This document shows positions 15,301 through 28,815 of a DNA stretch of 64,000 bases, piece after piece (the first letter of the stretch is position 1; each line of letters begins with the position of its first letter). The position numbers and the translations under genes were made by a program. Source of the stretch: Phoronis australis (lineage: Eukaryota > Animalia > Phoronida); assembly GCA_002633005.1 (NCBI GenBank), contig NMRA01000199.1, positions 318,995-382,994 of the forward strand. Reading direction: 5' to 3'. The notes under the pieces were generated by a model. That model made no database searches. It worked only from the letters and a program-made list of their open reading frames with translations, and was not told where the DNA came from.

Positions 15301-18300
15301 ATTCACTGTGTTGTCTTTAATTTTCGTAACCATGGTAACGTCCAATTTAATTATTACGAATCAGCGGATGCAGTGTATGTATTATACATGCCAATGTTCG
15401 TTCCTACTGCAGGCAATCGTCGATAATTCGTTGTAATTCGATATTATTAGGTAATAATCTACTGCTACAAGAAATCATTGACATTAATTGAAATTTGCCC
15501 GCGGTTTTGCGCGTGGATTCGTGTCATAATAAACTGGCCAAGTTGAGCTTTACCCTAATCCCTAAATAAATAAACAGCGATTAATCCTAATTACTTTTCT
15601 GGTGCGGTTTTCCGATTGACCGAACATAGCTTACGTACCACGCTAAACGAAGTTTGCCACATATTGCCCCGCTCGCAGTGAGCATTCGTAAAAAATGTAC
15701 GATTTCCGTCCTGGTACATGTCAGTCGGGTGAGTGGTCACCCGACAAAGCAAACACCCCCGGTTGACTCACCAATCCTTATGCAACCCCAATTCGTTTGC
15801 GAGCTGCAAATCTCTGGACCGGACATCGCACAAAGTACACAGAAAATATTTTGCAAATTGGTTAATCTTTTAAGGCGATAAAATCCGCATTTCGTCACAA
15901 AAAAGCACACCAGGTCACTCATCGCTTTGAAATTGGTCTCACGTTGTAAACGCTGAGGTGATTTCAATGCTTCGAAAAAAATCTTGGTTCCTTTTTTGCT
16001 GGAGATCTCTAACAGTTGGCTTGGCATGAGCCTGGTCTGCGAACTGTATTTTTTTCCAAGCGCAGAAATCGCTTCTCATCTTGAGTTAGGAAGAAGTTGA
16101 GATCAGTTTTGTATCCCTACCTAAATCACAGAACGCAGGTTTATGGGCGCTGTAACTGCTTTTACACAAACTCCAGTTTGAAAGTACTGCTGTATTGCAT
16201 CCTGAGTTGTTGATTGCATGAGAACTAATGACTTCAGCTTCACCATTATAGAGAAATTAATGATGTAGAATACGATACTGAATATCTGAAAAATTCCTTT
16301 GACTGTATACTCCAATCCACATCGATTATTTATCAAGAGCCTGACGGCTCAATACACAATATTAGGTACTCGACAATACGAAGATTTTTCTCCCGGGAAG
16401 ATATAAGACGTTGTTATGTAATAATCGAGAAGCAATGGTCTATTCAAATCTGTATACTGGTTTTATCGCAAAAACTGTGTACCATAGAGCTTAGACCCTG
16501 GACGTGTCATCTACCAGATAATGACGTGTCAGGTCGGCTCGTCCAGCGCACATACTGAAATCAGAGTTTTAGACACGCGATGTTATCGCCAGACAAGTTC
16601 GATGACCACCTCATGCGAATGCGTGGCGCTCTCTGGTGCCGAAACGTATAAACTTATTGTGCCGTCATTCTGAACATCTCTCGCTCTCTGTGAGGATTCG
16701 CATGATTCTCAAAATTGCCACGGTCACAAAGACATTTTAAACCACAACGGTTCACTTTAGTTCAAACATGTTCCCTAAGTACAAGCAGGTATCCAATTGA
16801 AATAGGGAGGTCCTTACCAGCCCCACAGCGATGAACTCTTTGTCAGTGTCATTGCATTGCGTGGTTTGAAACCTCTTATTGAACCAGCTACCTGAAGATG
16901 CTTTTATGAATAAAGCGGGACTTTGTGTTTTAACCATTCTTTCCTCGATGACTAGGGTAATTTTGAGATTTTGGACATCTCTGTGCCTATGATTGTTTTA
17001 CTCTTTACACGCTTCGGTGTGCTAACAAAGGGAAACGTGTTAAACAGCCAACAGAATATAGATCCATCGTTTGTGCGCGACAACGAGAGAGAATATTAAA
17101 TGTCTACTGCTATTTCTGTTTATACTGAAAAATCAAGAATACGGTATGTTAGATGGCGTTCGTCGTGGATTACTTTCGGAGGAACTGTTTTTCATGAAAG
17201 GAATGAGACGACAAGAGTATCTGCGTAAGCGTTGTTCTTCTGTTTAACGGGTCGTCGTATCAACGAGATTGTTTTAACGGAAACCAGTTAGATTTCACAA
17301 TCACGACTCGTGTTTTATGTAGACAAGTAATGAAAATAGCGTAAGACGGGAAACGTCCTGGGGATAAACGGACGTGTGTCAAAATGAGGATACGACTGTA
17401 AGTTTAGAAAATAACATTTGCTCGTGAATTTCCAATTAGCGCTCCTTATCCGTTGATGCTAACAGTTCTGAGACATTTGTACATGGGAAACTGGGTTGTT
17501 GAGTTAATAGCTTGTAGCCGACATATAATTTGCATTAAAATGCCTTCTTATAAAAGTTTGAATTAAGTCCCGTCTACACTTGATTAAGATGCAACTGGTG
17601 CGACTGCAATAATTTCGTGAAATTAAATTGTCTTGAATCCACGAGGAACACAGACACTGGTTTATAAACCTCGTGGCATCTCGTCGTGGACAATACGGAT
17701 GATACAGCGCGCATCCATGGACGCGAATTGCTATTTTTTAAAGCTTATGAATGCAGACCTATTACGTGTTGAAGACACGCTTTAGTATCAGATCGTCAGG
17801 GAATGGTATCCAACGAATCTGAAAAAATATCATTCTTCTACAAGTCAAACATTTGTGCTGCTTGAACTTTTCACGAACTTTAGTGCCGGGAGACGCTCCA
17901 AGCTCGCTCCCTTTATGTATTCCAAGATGAACACTTTTAAAGCAAAAAGTTGGCACGGGTTTTGGTCGTCCATTAGCGTCTGATCGATGAGTCAGCAAGA
18001 TTAAAAAATTACATGTCTTAAAATCTTGGCGGTTCATTTGGCGCCACATTTGATGGGCGGTTCGTGGCAGCAGCGACATCTGCTTTTTATTAACTAGGTG
18101 GGCGTTTCTGTTGTTGGCGGTGGACCATCTCAGCTGCCTGTCATTGGATATATCATTTAAGGCTAAAATAACTGACAGGTCTAAGGCACGCTTATCATTG
18201 ATGTATTTTATATGAATGTGAATTTTTCAATTCTTGACCACCATTTTGCTGCTCTGAGACGTATGCTCCTAATGTTCACTTACAAGACAATATTTGCGAC

Positions 18301-21300
18301 ATCTGTTGGAATGTAATGAAAATGAGTGGGTTTTCCACGGCCAGCTTCACTGCGAAAAAAGGAAACGGTTGATGTAACTGAATACATTTCTACAATACGA
18401 AAGAAACTCTCTATAAATGTAATTCTCCGCTCTCTAAAAGGTTTGGGTATATCACTTTTCCAGCTGCTCATCCCGTTAAAAATAGTCGAGTGTCCCCCTC
18501 CCCCGAGCGCCCACTTTGCTGAAACTGAATAGGTGCATTGCTAGACCAAACCGATTAGTTTCCACCGTCGCTTACAGTACAAATCACTTTAGGCACATTT
18601 CCGTCTCATCAACTTGTGGACGGTAAAACAGCTTGTCAGTTCGACTACCAGTTACGTATTACGTTACTCGCTCTCGGTAGGACAAGATGTCAAATTTGGC
18701 GCGTTCCCCTGAAGGCCGTCTGGCAAGCTTGGCTGGCTCACGTTCAGTTAACTTTCAAACCACATTAATTCTGTCCCATTGGTTACTTAGGAAGTGGAAC
18801 TTTTGCGTGCGCTATGGTTTTGCAAGTCGCTTCTGTCGACATTCCTAACTAATTGGTGATCACAATCTGACTGGGCCCTAAGACTACTAGTTCTGAAATT
18901 TCGCATATTTGGATCTGTGGCTGCTGTTGTATAATTTTAGGTGTCTTTCAAGCGAAATGTCATTGCCACTGTTATCGTGCGTTCTAGATTTCTTAATGCT
19001 TTCATTGGGTAATCGTGAACGTGTAACAGTTTTGCTGTACATAATAAACGATTTATCAAATAAAAACAGCATGCGTAACAAGGATGTCTACGAATCGCTC
19101 GGGTTAAAGGTCTATGGTCGGTTTTATGGCCAAAAAGGCATATTGTGATCATTTTGGTTGGGACAGAGTTCTTGAAGTTATGAGCTTTAACCAAAACTGT
19201 GAAACAGAAAAGATCTGTTATGATTTTTGATTCTATTAGAAATCGCCAATTCTCGCGGTTTTCTGCCAGACATTCGCTGTAATCAAAGCCTGGGGGTACT
19301 AGTGTAATTGTGCTCTGGGGATGATCTCAGAAAATCATCTTTCACGCCGATAATGTCACTTTAAATAAAGAAATTTAATTTTAGATTATTTCGTATTTTT
19401 CGCCTGTCCTATTAACAGAAAGGTGTGTGTGTGTGTGTGTGTNNNNNNNNNNNNNNNNNNNNNNNNNNNNNNNNNNNNNTGTGCGTGTGTGTGCATTTTC
19501 TGTGAGGTCATCAGGATTTCTTTTATGCTACTATAGGTGAGCTCACATCACTTGCATTTTTCAGATCACGCTGGACGTCACTAAGATTATCAACTTCATG
19601 TCTGACTCCCCCTACGGCTCACTGTCAATGAACGATTTTCGCCGACAACAATTTGTACTTGCCGATGGCCAATTGAAATTGACGGACGTGGACGACATTG
19701 GCTTCGACGAACCCAGTTGTAGCAGCGATAGGCAATGCGAAGTGTTCCACTCGGCAGCCAATTTCACAATCAGGTAAATGTTGTAACTTGATAGATTTGG
19801 AAAAAAATTGTGTTGGACGGTAGAGGCAACGTTGCCTTGACATCCCTGAACTTCAACAAGTAGACACAAGCTTTTCACAACATGAACTAAGTCTAGTAAT
19901 TTATTGAACATAGAGGCCGTTTTTTAGCTGTTTGGCTTTCGCCGTTGCATTCTTAACCATGAGACTTGCTTAGGGGTTTAGAAATATTACCAGGCTCATT
20001 CAATGTTGAATTGTTGCCCAATGAGGCAGCAATTCGAGTTACATACGTTGCCTACACCTGCCTGTTCGGAAAACGCAATTTAAGGGCACTTTGTTGCTGA
20101 GAAGTTGATGCTTTTTATGTCATTGTTGGTAACGGTATTAGCTAAGCCCTATCAGCGTAAGGTCAGGAATATCGAGAGACCGGTTTTGGTGAGTATTTAA
20201 GCGCCTAAAATCGGCCTCAGGTGAAAGTGGCTCAATCCATTTTTCGGTTTTTGGCAGTTTAACATTGAGAAAATGCAGTTTGCCTGAGTGTCTTCAAAAT
20301 ATTGAACATGTCATGCATTGAGTAGTCCAGCAGGTGGATGTAATTCTTTTTTCATGATGCTTTCAAATTATTCCTGGACATCATGTTAATTTTACAGATC
20401 GAGATGTGTAGAGGGAGCTTGTGAAAATCACAACGAAAAAGTGAACATCTTCAACGCTGGCAGGCATTTCGCCACCTTCATCCTTCCGCATGGTACTCCT
20501 ACCAAACTTCGGCCGCTGGTCAACGAAATAGTCCGAGGATTCAGTGACGTAGCTATGACGTCATCGGAGCTGCTTAGGAAAGTCAATCAGCTTGTGAACG
20601 ATTACAAAGCTGGGAATCACCTGAACAGATCGACTGCTGGAGCGAAAACACGTAAGTGTTACAACTTTATCCTGGAATTTTAAAACCAACTTCCAGCTCA
20701 AGATGGTATTGTAATTAAATTTGCATTGAATGCCAAAGTGCTGGAGTTCCTACCTTCAGGGTTGTTATTATGTTTACAAGAAGCAAATGTCCTAGTAATA
20801 CATCCTCCCTGATTCTCAATTCCCACTTTCCAAACATACTGCTCGATTGCACAACACTCACCTTTCTGATATGACGTTTTAGAAACAGTAGAGTCAAGTA
20901 GCAAGAATTCCTTGAGAACTATTTTTGCTAAATCTTTTCGGCTATTACCCTGAACGAATATCATGCTCAAACTAAGAATCTCCTTAATGTCACGTGGCAC
21001 GTTGTGCTCATGCTCAAAACGTTCAACTGTATCCTGTTAAAAAATTATAATTTTGCCTTTTCAGAATTCAAACGTCTAGACCACATGGATATCCCTGGTG
21101 TTGGAGACTACAAGTGTCCGTACACGATGGCAGCTAACGACTGCACTGTTTCAGTGTATGATCTTGAAGAAGCAGACTTAGTCTGTCTGAATGACCCACA
21201 ATGCCGTGGATTTGTGCTGTCACCAAAGAAAACGTGGACCGGTAAGAATCGCGATATAAGATGTCAGTGGACAACCAATACCTTGTTAAAATGCAATCGT

Positions 21301-22042
21301 TTGTTTGTCTCCTGAAAAAAGCTTCTTGTCCGAACTTAAGCAGACTCGGGGACGTTAACTTCCAAAAAATGACCAGAAGCTATAGAGAATATGGACAAAT
21401 ATACTTTATACAGACATTTTAACTCCCAGTTGAGCAATATTTATGCAGTAAGTTGTGTGTAACACAGTTTTTGCTTTTGTAAACATTGAGTGTTTCTCGC
21501 ACGATTCGGAGTTGAAACAAATATAAGAAATACTGTTCCACGCCATCAATGAACATGCAATATCTGTGACGTAAGTGAAGTATAAATGGATGCCCATTTT
21601 TTATTGAGATAAACAATTTTAACCGATTTAAGGGAGTTATTTGAGCCCTAAACAAATTATGAAATTACAATCAGAAATATTCAAAGGCCATTTCAGTGCG
21701 AACGTTAAACAATTTAGTTTTGTTTATAAAGCTTGAGATTGTGTAATTCTAAATTGCTATTTGACAATTGTATATGTACTTTATAATCTTGACTTATGGG
21801 CCCGATGCCTTTGTGAGTGAAACAATAATCTATTCAAAAATGAGTTCAGGATGTCTGTCATTGCTTATCAGTTGTTCAGTTCACCCTCAAGTCTTTTTAA
21901 GTCCGAACACGACTTCGAAGTCACCTTAAACAACTTGTCTTTATCGTGTTTAGGTCGCCGTTTGATACACCTGAAAAATAATGTGACATCGCCGGTGTGG
22001 AAAGCCGATACGACGCTTTACATCCGCCCTGCCAACAAGTGA
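2849..22042 (+). CDS. PKDCC: Extracellular tyrosine-protein kinase PKDCC/VLK-like, spliced CDS join(2849-3394,14772-14903,19565-19773,20398-20651,21065-21241,21954-22042), 468 aa
   Basis: All five introns are GT..AG with consistent phases (0,0,2,1,1); total 1407 nt. N-terminal hydrophobic anchor, G-loop LDSGWTKAVY, VALK, KEII, LGYC, VTELGEP..LLQMPWEDRLR, SPYGS..DFRRQQF, KLTDVDD and a Cys-rich C-terminus (DYKC..CLNDPQCRGFV) all match PKDCC family motifs. Confidence 0.93.
7329..7488. mobile_element. Short non-autonomous DNA element (MITE) with G/C-rich ends and 5-bp TSD
   Basis: Ends CACTGTCGGATTTA / TGGATCCGCCCCTG (imperfect TIR), flanked by GTTGC at 7324-7328 and 7489-7493. Confidence 0.7.
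10571..11413. mobile_element. Degenerate TIR element with subterminal tandem repeats (Mutator/Foldback-like non-autonomous), possibly with a nested insert
   Basis: Left arm repeats CCGGGTTCT(A/G)TGTGTC; right arm is the inverted CCGGGACACATAGAACCCGGG; GGG/CCC termini; flanks TTTTGTTT and TTTTGTTA. Confidence 0.5.
12131..12580 (+). mobile_element. Possible Helentron-associated non-autonomous element remnant
   Basis: Begins in a T-run with TTTTAGCCTGCCGCC...GGCGAACGGCG (subterminal hairpin) and has an internal CACCAAACTT motif typical of such elements; boundaries approximate. Confidence 0.3.
14772..14903 (+). CDS. PKDCC: PKDCC-like exon 2
   Basis: ttttcag|VLGYCVPAKPYTGNEDSLVVIVTELGEPVDLIRLLQMPWEDRLR|gtaagt, 132 nt. 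Confidence 0.93.
19423..19493. repeat. (GT)n microsatellite interrupted by a 37-N assembly gap (19443-19479)
   Basis: GTGTGT runs on both sides of the N run. Confidence 0.95.
19565..19773 (+). CDS. PKDCC: PKDCC-like exon 3 (catalytic loop)
   Basis: tttttcag|ITLDVTKIINFMSDSPYGSLSMNDFRRQQFVLADGQLKLTDVDDIGFDEP...|gtaaat. Confidence 0.93.
20398..20651 (+). CDS. PKDCC: PKDCC-like exon 4
   Basis: tttacag|SRCVEGACENHNEKVNIFNAGRHFATFILPHGTPTKLRPLV...|gtaagt. Confidence 0.9.
21065..21241 (+). CDS. PKDCC: PKDCC-like exon 5
   Basis: ttttcag|FKRLDHMDIPGVGDYKCPY...CLNDPQCRGFVLSPKKTWT|gtaaga. Confidence 0.9.
21954..22042 (+). CDS. PKDCC: PKDCC-like terminal exon 6
   Basis: gtttag|GRRLIHLKNNVTSPVWKADTTLYIRPANK*; the TWTG junction resembles the PKDCC C-terminus. 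Confidence 0.88.
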
Positions 22043-22612
22043 AAATGCAGCTCATCCGTCGCCCAAAGAGTCAGTTAACTTAGGCTCGTCATCGGCGATT
22101 TCGTACAAGCCACAGTGCCAGTCTAAAACATACTGGCGATGTTGATCGAAACAAACTCATTCTCTTGTCCTTGCCAGTCAGTTATAGACTTTTGTGCCAG
22201 GGATTTTATTCTGTTGCCAAATCCAGACTTGTCTTGTAGATCTGAGTTCTGAGTAACTACGTTGACAAAGAACTCGCTGGTGTAAATGCGTTGCAATAGT
22301 ATAAGTAACTTGCTCACCGCTTAGCAGTTAATCAGTTTATACCAGTCAAAATGCTGGAAAGTTATAGCTGAAAAAGACAGAATTTGGACGGGGCAGGTAT
22401 TACAGGAAACGACTGCCGCCTTAACGCGGCATTGCTATTTCACAAACGTCAAAGAGGCCATGACATTAGATGAACGCCTAAAGTCTAAAGCGTGCCTCAT
22501 TGATATGATTCAAGTTATAATCCAGGTGGAAAGGAAATGTTTATACACAATCCACGCTTCATGTGAAACGGCACATGGTGTTACACACGCACTTTTGTTT
22601 TATGTCATGATG

Positions 22613-22761
22613 CATGGGCGGCGCACCATAGGGGGTTGGGGGGGGGCTATAGCCCCACTTTTTTCAGTGCTACGCCGCACATGGTCTATAGGCGGTGCAC
22701 CACAGGGGGGCTGAGGGGCTTTAACCCCCCCTCCAATTTTTTCAGTGCTGCGTCGCCCATG
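22613..22761. mobile_element. Dimeric MITE with 13-bp TIR and 5-bp TSD, downstream of the PKDCC stop
   Basis: CATGGGCGGCGCA...TGCGTCGCCCATG; TSD TGATG at 22608-22612 and 22762-22766; built from two ~70-bp related units. Confidence 0.8.
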
Positions 22762-23329
22762 TGATGTAGGCAAAATGGAGAACACAGTTCGCTTACTTTG
22801 AAACTCATCGGTGTTCCTGGGCTTCCCATTCTTATTAAAATATTCATGTAGCTGGTTCTACTGGGCTCAGAGCACCATAAGGCATCGGGGGTCACCGTTG
22901 AATATAAAAGTTTACAGTATCTATGAGTAATGGCCTCTTCAACTCTTAACCATTATCACATGCAGAGCGCCGACATTTTAGGCTAAAACAGGGTTTTTGA
23001 AAACAGGGTGCTTTAGAGAAATTGTGAGTGAATACTGACAGACAGGGTAATACGTAAGTTTCACTGTTCTAGAAATAAGTATTAAGACAACTTAATTAGT
23101 TTATAAGTCATAAGGTTAAGACTTGTTATCCAGAGATGACCAGTACTGAGGCTTGTTTAATAAATGATGTGTTTTATTTATTTATATCACTAGTAAGTTG
23201 CCATTAACACTGACGGACCAATAACAATTCACATATGAAACACCAAAGCGGTGCAAGGATTCGACAAACTGGTCCATAAAATCTATATTTTCAGTTAATT
23301 TCTGCTCTGTGTCATTGATACTCTTGCAT

Positions 23330-23642
23330 GCTTGCAACTGCATGGGGTGTCATCCCTCTTTTCCGTGCAAAGATATAGAAGTACGTTCTCAACGTTCTTT
23401 TATTAACCCGACTTGTTTTAACATGGTTTTCAGCCACATGTAATTCCACTGTCAAGGCCGTCATAGTCGGGAAGCTACGAGCTGAGATTTCTACCCTAAA
23501 GTGAACCATAGCTGAGCCGAAAGCTCCCGCCAAGGCGTGGAAACACGGCAACGATTGAACCCAATTCTCGCCTTGATGACAGCTGTCAGCTCAGCTGGTG
23601 TTCACACGAGGCAGACAGCTCAACTCTTAGCTCTCCGTCAGC
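23330..23642 (-). mobile_element. Degenerate tRNA-derived SINE-like element
   Basis: Minus strand shows an A-box-like GAGCTAAGAGTTGAG and a B-box-like GGGTTCAATCG, followed by a SINE-core-like segment (GCACGGAAAAGAGGGATG..CCCCATGCAGTTG). Confidence 0.35.
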
Positions 23643-26600
23643 GTTGGCTTTAAGTATAATGAGTAGATTCGCAAGTTGCACTCAAGAGATGCGTTAAAGA
23701 CATGACATCTGAGTTTGTAAATAGTTATTGTTATAAATAAAAATAAGTTTTAAGATGTTAATCTGTTTGGCATATTTTATTTGTGACTTTGTAAATGTGC
23801 ACAGCGTGGGTAATGTGAAACGCACTCCGTCAGGGGAGCTAACTACATTCACTGACTCAGTCGCTCCTGCAAATACATGTAAGGGGCTCAAGAAAAATTA
23901 CAGTAAAGATGGGGGTTGGGAACCGATATCAGACCTATCAGCGTAGGTCCGAGGGCAGTCGGGAAAAGAAAAAAAAGGCGAAATACTGAGTCTGACAATA
24001 ACGTTTAACAGAACTTATGTCAATAACCGGTTCTGGGCATTTTTAATCATACGTACTTCGAAAAAAGCCCGAGAAAACTTCGTGCACAGATATTCCAAAG
24101 CACAGGTTTAGATTTTTAATTCAGAGATAGTAATTTTGAGGGAATACCTACTTAGCTGATGACCCTTCTTTTTTCCCGCTTTTGTATGATAGTGTCAGTT
24201 ACTACTCAGTTCCTGCTTTTAAAGTGCCATATCTAGGGCCCCAGTGCTAGGAGAGGGTTGATCCATGGCCACCTGTTTTCGTGTTTTTATGCCCTTTCTC
24301 AGTCCCGTACGGGGTCCCACCAATGGAATCAATTGATTTCCCTTTCCTGTTTTTGTGACACTGTAAAACCTTTTTCGGTTACGGAGGTTAAGTATGTGGG
24401 TCACCCGTTCATTGATTTAACTGTAATTCTTTTCATGTTTTTTAAGCATATCGCCCTTCACATTAATTTTAAAACCCTATTTCAGACGGTATCCTTTCTT
24501 GAAGGGCAGCCCGGGCATTTTTCCTTCGTTCCTTAACTAAGTCGGTACTGTCGCTATTCAAGATGTGATACAATTTCAAATTGATTGAGACAACAGCAAA
24601 ATATATTCCTGGCAAACAGATAAAACAATGTAAGTGTCAAAAACTGATTGGCCTTTGAACAATTTGAAGACGTCTGTGAGTTACACATATAAATCCAATA
24701 ATTGTATTTCTTTCGAAAACCATTATAAGAAAATGATTGTTTATGAAGAGAAAGTTGTTCGTAGCCGGAAACTCGCACGTGTCGATCAGACCGATTGGGA
24801 TTTATGATGACAGCGTACCGGCAGTGTATATGTCCAACGGATTTTAAGGTGTTCAAAGCACATGCGCTTGCATTCATAAACAAAGATTGGAGTGTAAGCT
24901 GACTTCGTAAACTGTAACAGGGCACCTCTATAATGAAACAGAATTCATATTAACACAATCAATTTTGAAAAGTTCTCGGGAGAGGACCCCCCCCTCCTCC
25001 AAGTATCTGCGCGCGGGAATCCCGGAAACATTCCGTCCTTGCAGTAAATTACGGATTTGAAGAAGTCTCTTAACTAATTATGCTGTAGTTAACTCAAAAT
25101 GCGTATAACTTTTTTTAGATTGTGTTGCAATGTGACGTCACTGCACAGCAATGTCCGATAGGTGGCAGCCACCAGCAACTACCCGTGCTTCAACAAGCCC
25201 CAAAGACAGTGTACCAGCACTCTTTCAAGATTAGCATCAAAACTTGTCGAACTTTCCCCAAACTGGACCCTAATAAAGTGATTTTTTTACCTTATGCCTC
25301 ATTACAGCTCTTTGAAACAGACGACGGAAGTTTTCGAGACGATGTTCTGCGTGCTCAATTCTAAGGTGACAATATTTATCCTCGCATTAATTCTCTGGAT
25401 TTCATAGGATTTTCTAACGTTACCTTCACCTTTATACCCCCTGAAGAATGATTTTGGGAGTATATCTTTTTGGCACCCTTAATAGGGATTTCACTATGAT
25501 ATTCCCCTACGTTTGAATTTATAGCCTAAATGCGTGACGCGCGTGCATTACAGGCAGCCAGTGTGACATGATGTCTGTTACTTTTCTCGTGAAATTTTGC
25601 TGAAACCAAAGTACACTGTTTTTGGTGGCTGCCTCCGTAGGGTCAGTACGCCTATGGTGGAAGGTGCAAAATTGGCTACAACCAGATACGGAAGGGGTGG
25701 CGACAATGAAGATGAATCTCAAATTTGGGTCCACGGGGGGAGGCTACGTTTTTGGGAAGTCGAATTAGTTAGTGCCAACCCAACAATATTCACCTTCCTA
25801 CGGGTCAGAATAGTTCCCTGGTGTAAGACGAAGAAGGAACTAGAGTGAGAGGATTTTCACTAAAACGACGATGTGGTGAACACCACGATTGTTTACTTTT
25901 TGGTTTTCATTTTTTAAGTTTTTTAAATTTCTTCGGTGACACAGCCGCCGAAAATGGTGGCAAGTACACCCAGGACTAAGTTTAGTGTGACTTCATTACT
26001 GCGGACGTCTATTATTGCAAGTGCATACCATGAGCGAGGGTACGGTGAGAAGAGACAAAACTATTATGACCTCAGTAATAATTCACTAATTTCGAGACCT
26101 GAAAGTTGGACTGATAAAGAACACAGTCAGATTCCAAAAGTGCCTGAATACATGAACCTTTTGAATGAAGAGTAACATAACGCACTGATTTACATAATTT
26201 ATTAAAAAAATAATCAGATAATAATGATTTATCAGCAAATTCAATAAAAATTCATGATGTGACATCACATATTTTAACATTCAACCAACAAACTTAACAA
26301 TAGAAAGCATTATGACATAAAACTGAATCACCCAAAAGAAAGAGACAATCAACAAACGTTACTTTATTGGAGTTTAAGCAAAGACAAAATGGGAGAATTA
26401 ATTAAAGCGATTCTCTATTGTCACTGAATGGCTGCCTGGAAACTTACCCCAAGAATTATAACAAGAGGTGTCAAAGGACCAAGTGTCCGCCTGCACTCAA
26501 CGTCCCGCTCACACTTATTCCGACTAATTTGCCCTTACGGTCGAGACAGTGACGTGGCTAGTGGGGACGTTGCGCCCACAGCGGCACCGCGGTTTCCACA

Positions 26601-28643
26601 AGTTCAAAACAAATTTGTACATCTTATGGGGAATTGTGTACGGAAAAAATTATTGAAGCATTGAACAACGACAAATGCTATTGCGTAATGTGAATGTGTG
26701 CCGTAAAGATCAAACGAGTGAGGTTTTGCGTAGGTAAACATTGAAGGGAATCAAGTGGTAGTAGAGGATTGGTTTTTAGGAAACCAGAAGGAGCGCAGAA
26801 GACATTTCTTTCTTGATTTTGCGACAACTGGAAGATTAAAGTATTTAAATTTCGGAAGGTCGTGGGCAAACATTTGATAATGCAGCTGTCATGGTATGAC
26901 ATAGCGCTGGAATGTGAAAACGTATTCCTAAAGTAGAGAGCTCTGCTGATTCCACACTGCAACAGCTACTCATGGAACTTGACAAATATACACCAGTATG
27001 TGTGGCCATTTTTCCGTAGTATTTTTTTGTATCACACCGCAGGATATAGACAGTGACCACCGTCTCTAGCTGGCCCCAGTAGAGACGGAGCATCATGCAC
27101 AGGAAGCATTTCGTGGAATAATGCCTCACACTGATTAAAGTCACGTTGTTATAAGTAGCTATTGTGCATAGAGGGATACCTTAGGAGGCAGTGGATGTCT
27201 TTAATTCCTTCCAACTGTAAAACATACTTCCCCTGCCAGTCATTTTTTCTCTTCAAGCAGTCCTTCGTTCAGTTGCCCAAATCGCAACTAGTCATTTTTT
27301 CACCGCATGCACTGCTCTTTATACCTATTAATACCACACCCGCCTATAGAAGCTTCACCTCTCTACCGGTGTCAGTTATATACCGTAGTCACTGTCTAGG
27401 CAGGATATTGTCATTTTTCTCCACATCAACATATGCTTGAGACATTTTGAACGAGACAACTACAAAGAAGTGTCAAGCGTCCAGCCGACAATAGGTGGAG
27501 CAACAGACTCGATGCTGGCGCACACCAACAACAGACTTATACATCTAGACAGATGTTCCAACAGGACTACCTGATCAGAACGTTCAAGAAGCAGCGTGAA
27601 TTTGTGTGACCATAAAGTGACTTGTTATTGTATTGCATGAACATCGAGTAGTTAAGATTGACCAAATATTGTGATATAAATGTTAAATCTCAAAATCAAT
27701 GTTACAGTTTTTTTTTCAAATTATAGTTTGGTTTAGATATTTCATTCAACTTTTGATTAAGTCGTAAAAATTACAGAAGTCACGTTGCCCTTTCTTTCTC
27801 AAGTAAGTCCAGTACAGATTTATAATTATTTCCTATATTCTATCTTCTTACATAGGCTGACAAGAATACAGCTTTTCGAAAACCATTTTGAAACCGGTGG
27901 GGGTCCCAGGTTTCGGATTCTCATTAACATAATTTGTGCAACCGGTTCTGCTCGTTTGCAAGCAAAATTAAAATAACATAATTGAAGTACCCACCAAATA
28001 ACAAATCAGCACTTGTCTCCTATAACATAAATAAATGTACATGCATGCACAGCCAATACTTACAGAAATCCATTCTAGGAACAGAGCAAATCATAAGACA
28101 ACCTACAGCAAGAGGGAGGAGCCGAAACGAAGCTTAGTACATGTCAAAACAGACACACAAGGTTAAATATGGGGGCCTCAGTTCCAAAGATAGCTTTTAC
28201 TTCATGGATATTCAACATATTTTGTTTTTTGCAGTCATCTCGAATAAATAGATCAGGAGATGACAAGTATTGGTAGAGTGTGAACAAAAAAATTACAAAA
28301 TGAAGGTTTGTCAATCACGACTCGTTTGACAAGAACTTCATCTATCATTCTCAAGGAACAATTTAGACAAACAAGCCCTCAGATTGGTTAAATCAACAAA
28401 TTCAGATGTAAAATACCAGGATGTAAACAAATGATGAATGACAATGGACATACTACTTCATAGATGCTATGCCCGCATTCCTCATTTTTGGGCATCTCAG
28501 CGTTGAACAACTTATCATGTTTTATAGACAGTCCTGGGGCTTGTCATTCTTGAATCATACCTTAAGAATGGTGGACATTACCCCGAAATATGTTTTTCTT
28601 CAAACCTCAAACAACCAGTAGAAAGGTTCTTTATTGCTTGTCT

Positions 28644-28815
28644 TCATAAATTACTCGTGGCCTGTGGCTCCACCTTCTGTTTGGCATACTGACCTCTGAC
28701 CCCTCCTGCTACTGGCACATCACGCTCATCCCATATAGTGATGCCATCACACGCACATAATTTCTTTGTATTCTCAAATATCCCCGCTGATCTAGCAATG
28801 ATTCCACAAGCTAGC
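28644..28815 (-). CDS. CCS: CCS terminal exon (domain III, CXC)
   Basis: ttttag|LACGIIARSAGIFENTKKLCACDGITIWDERDVPVAGGVR...SNL*. Confidence 0.95.
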
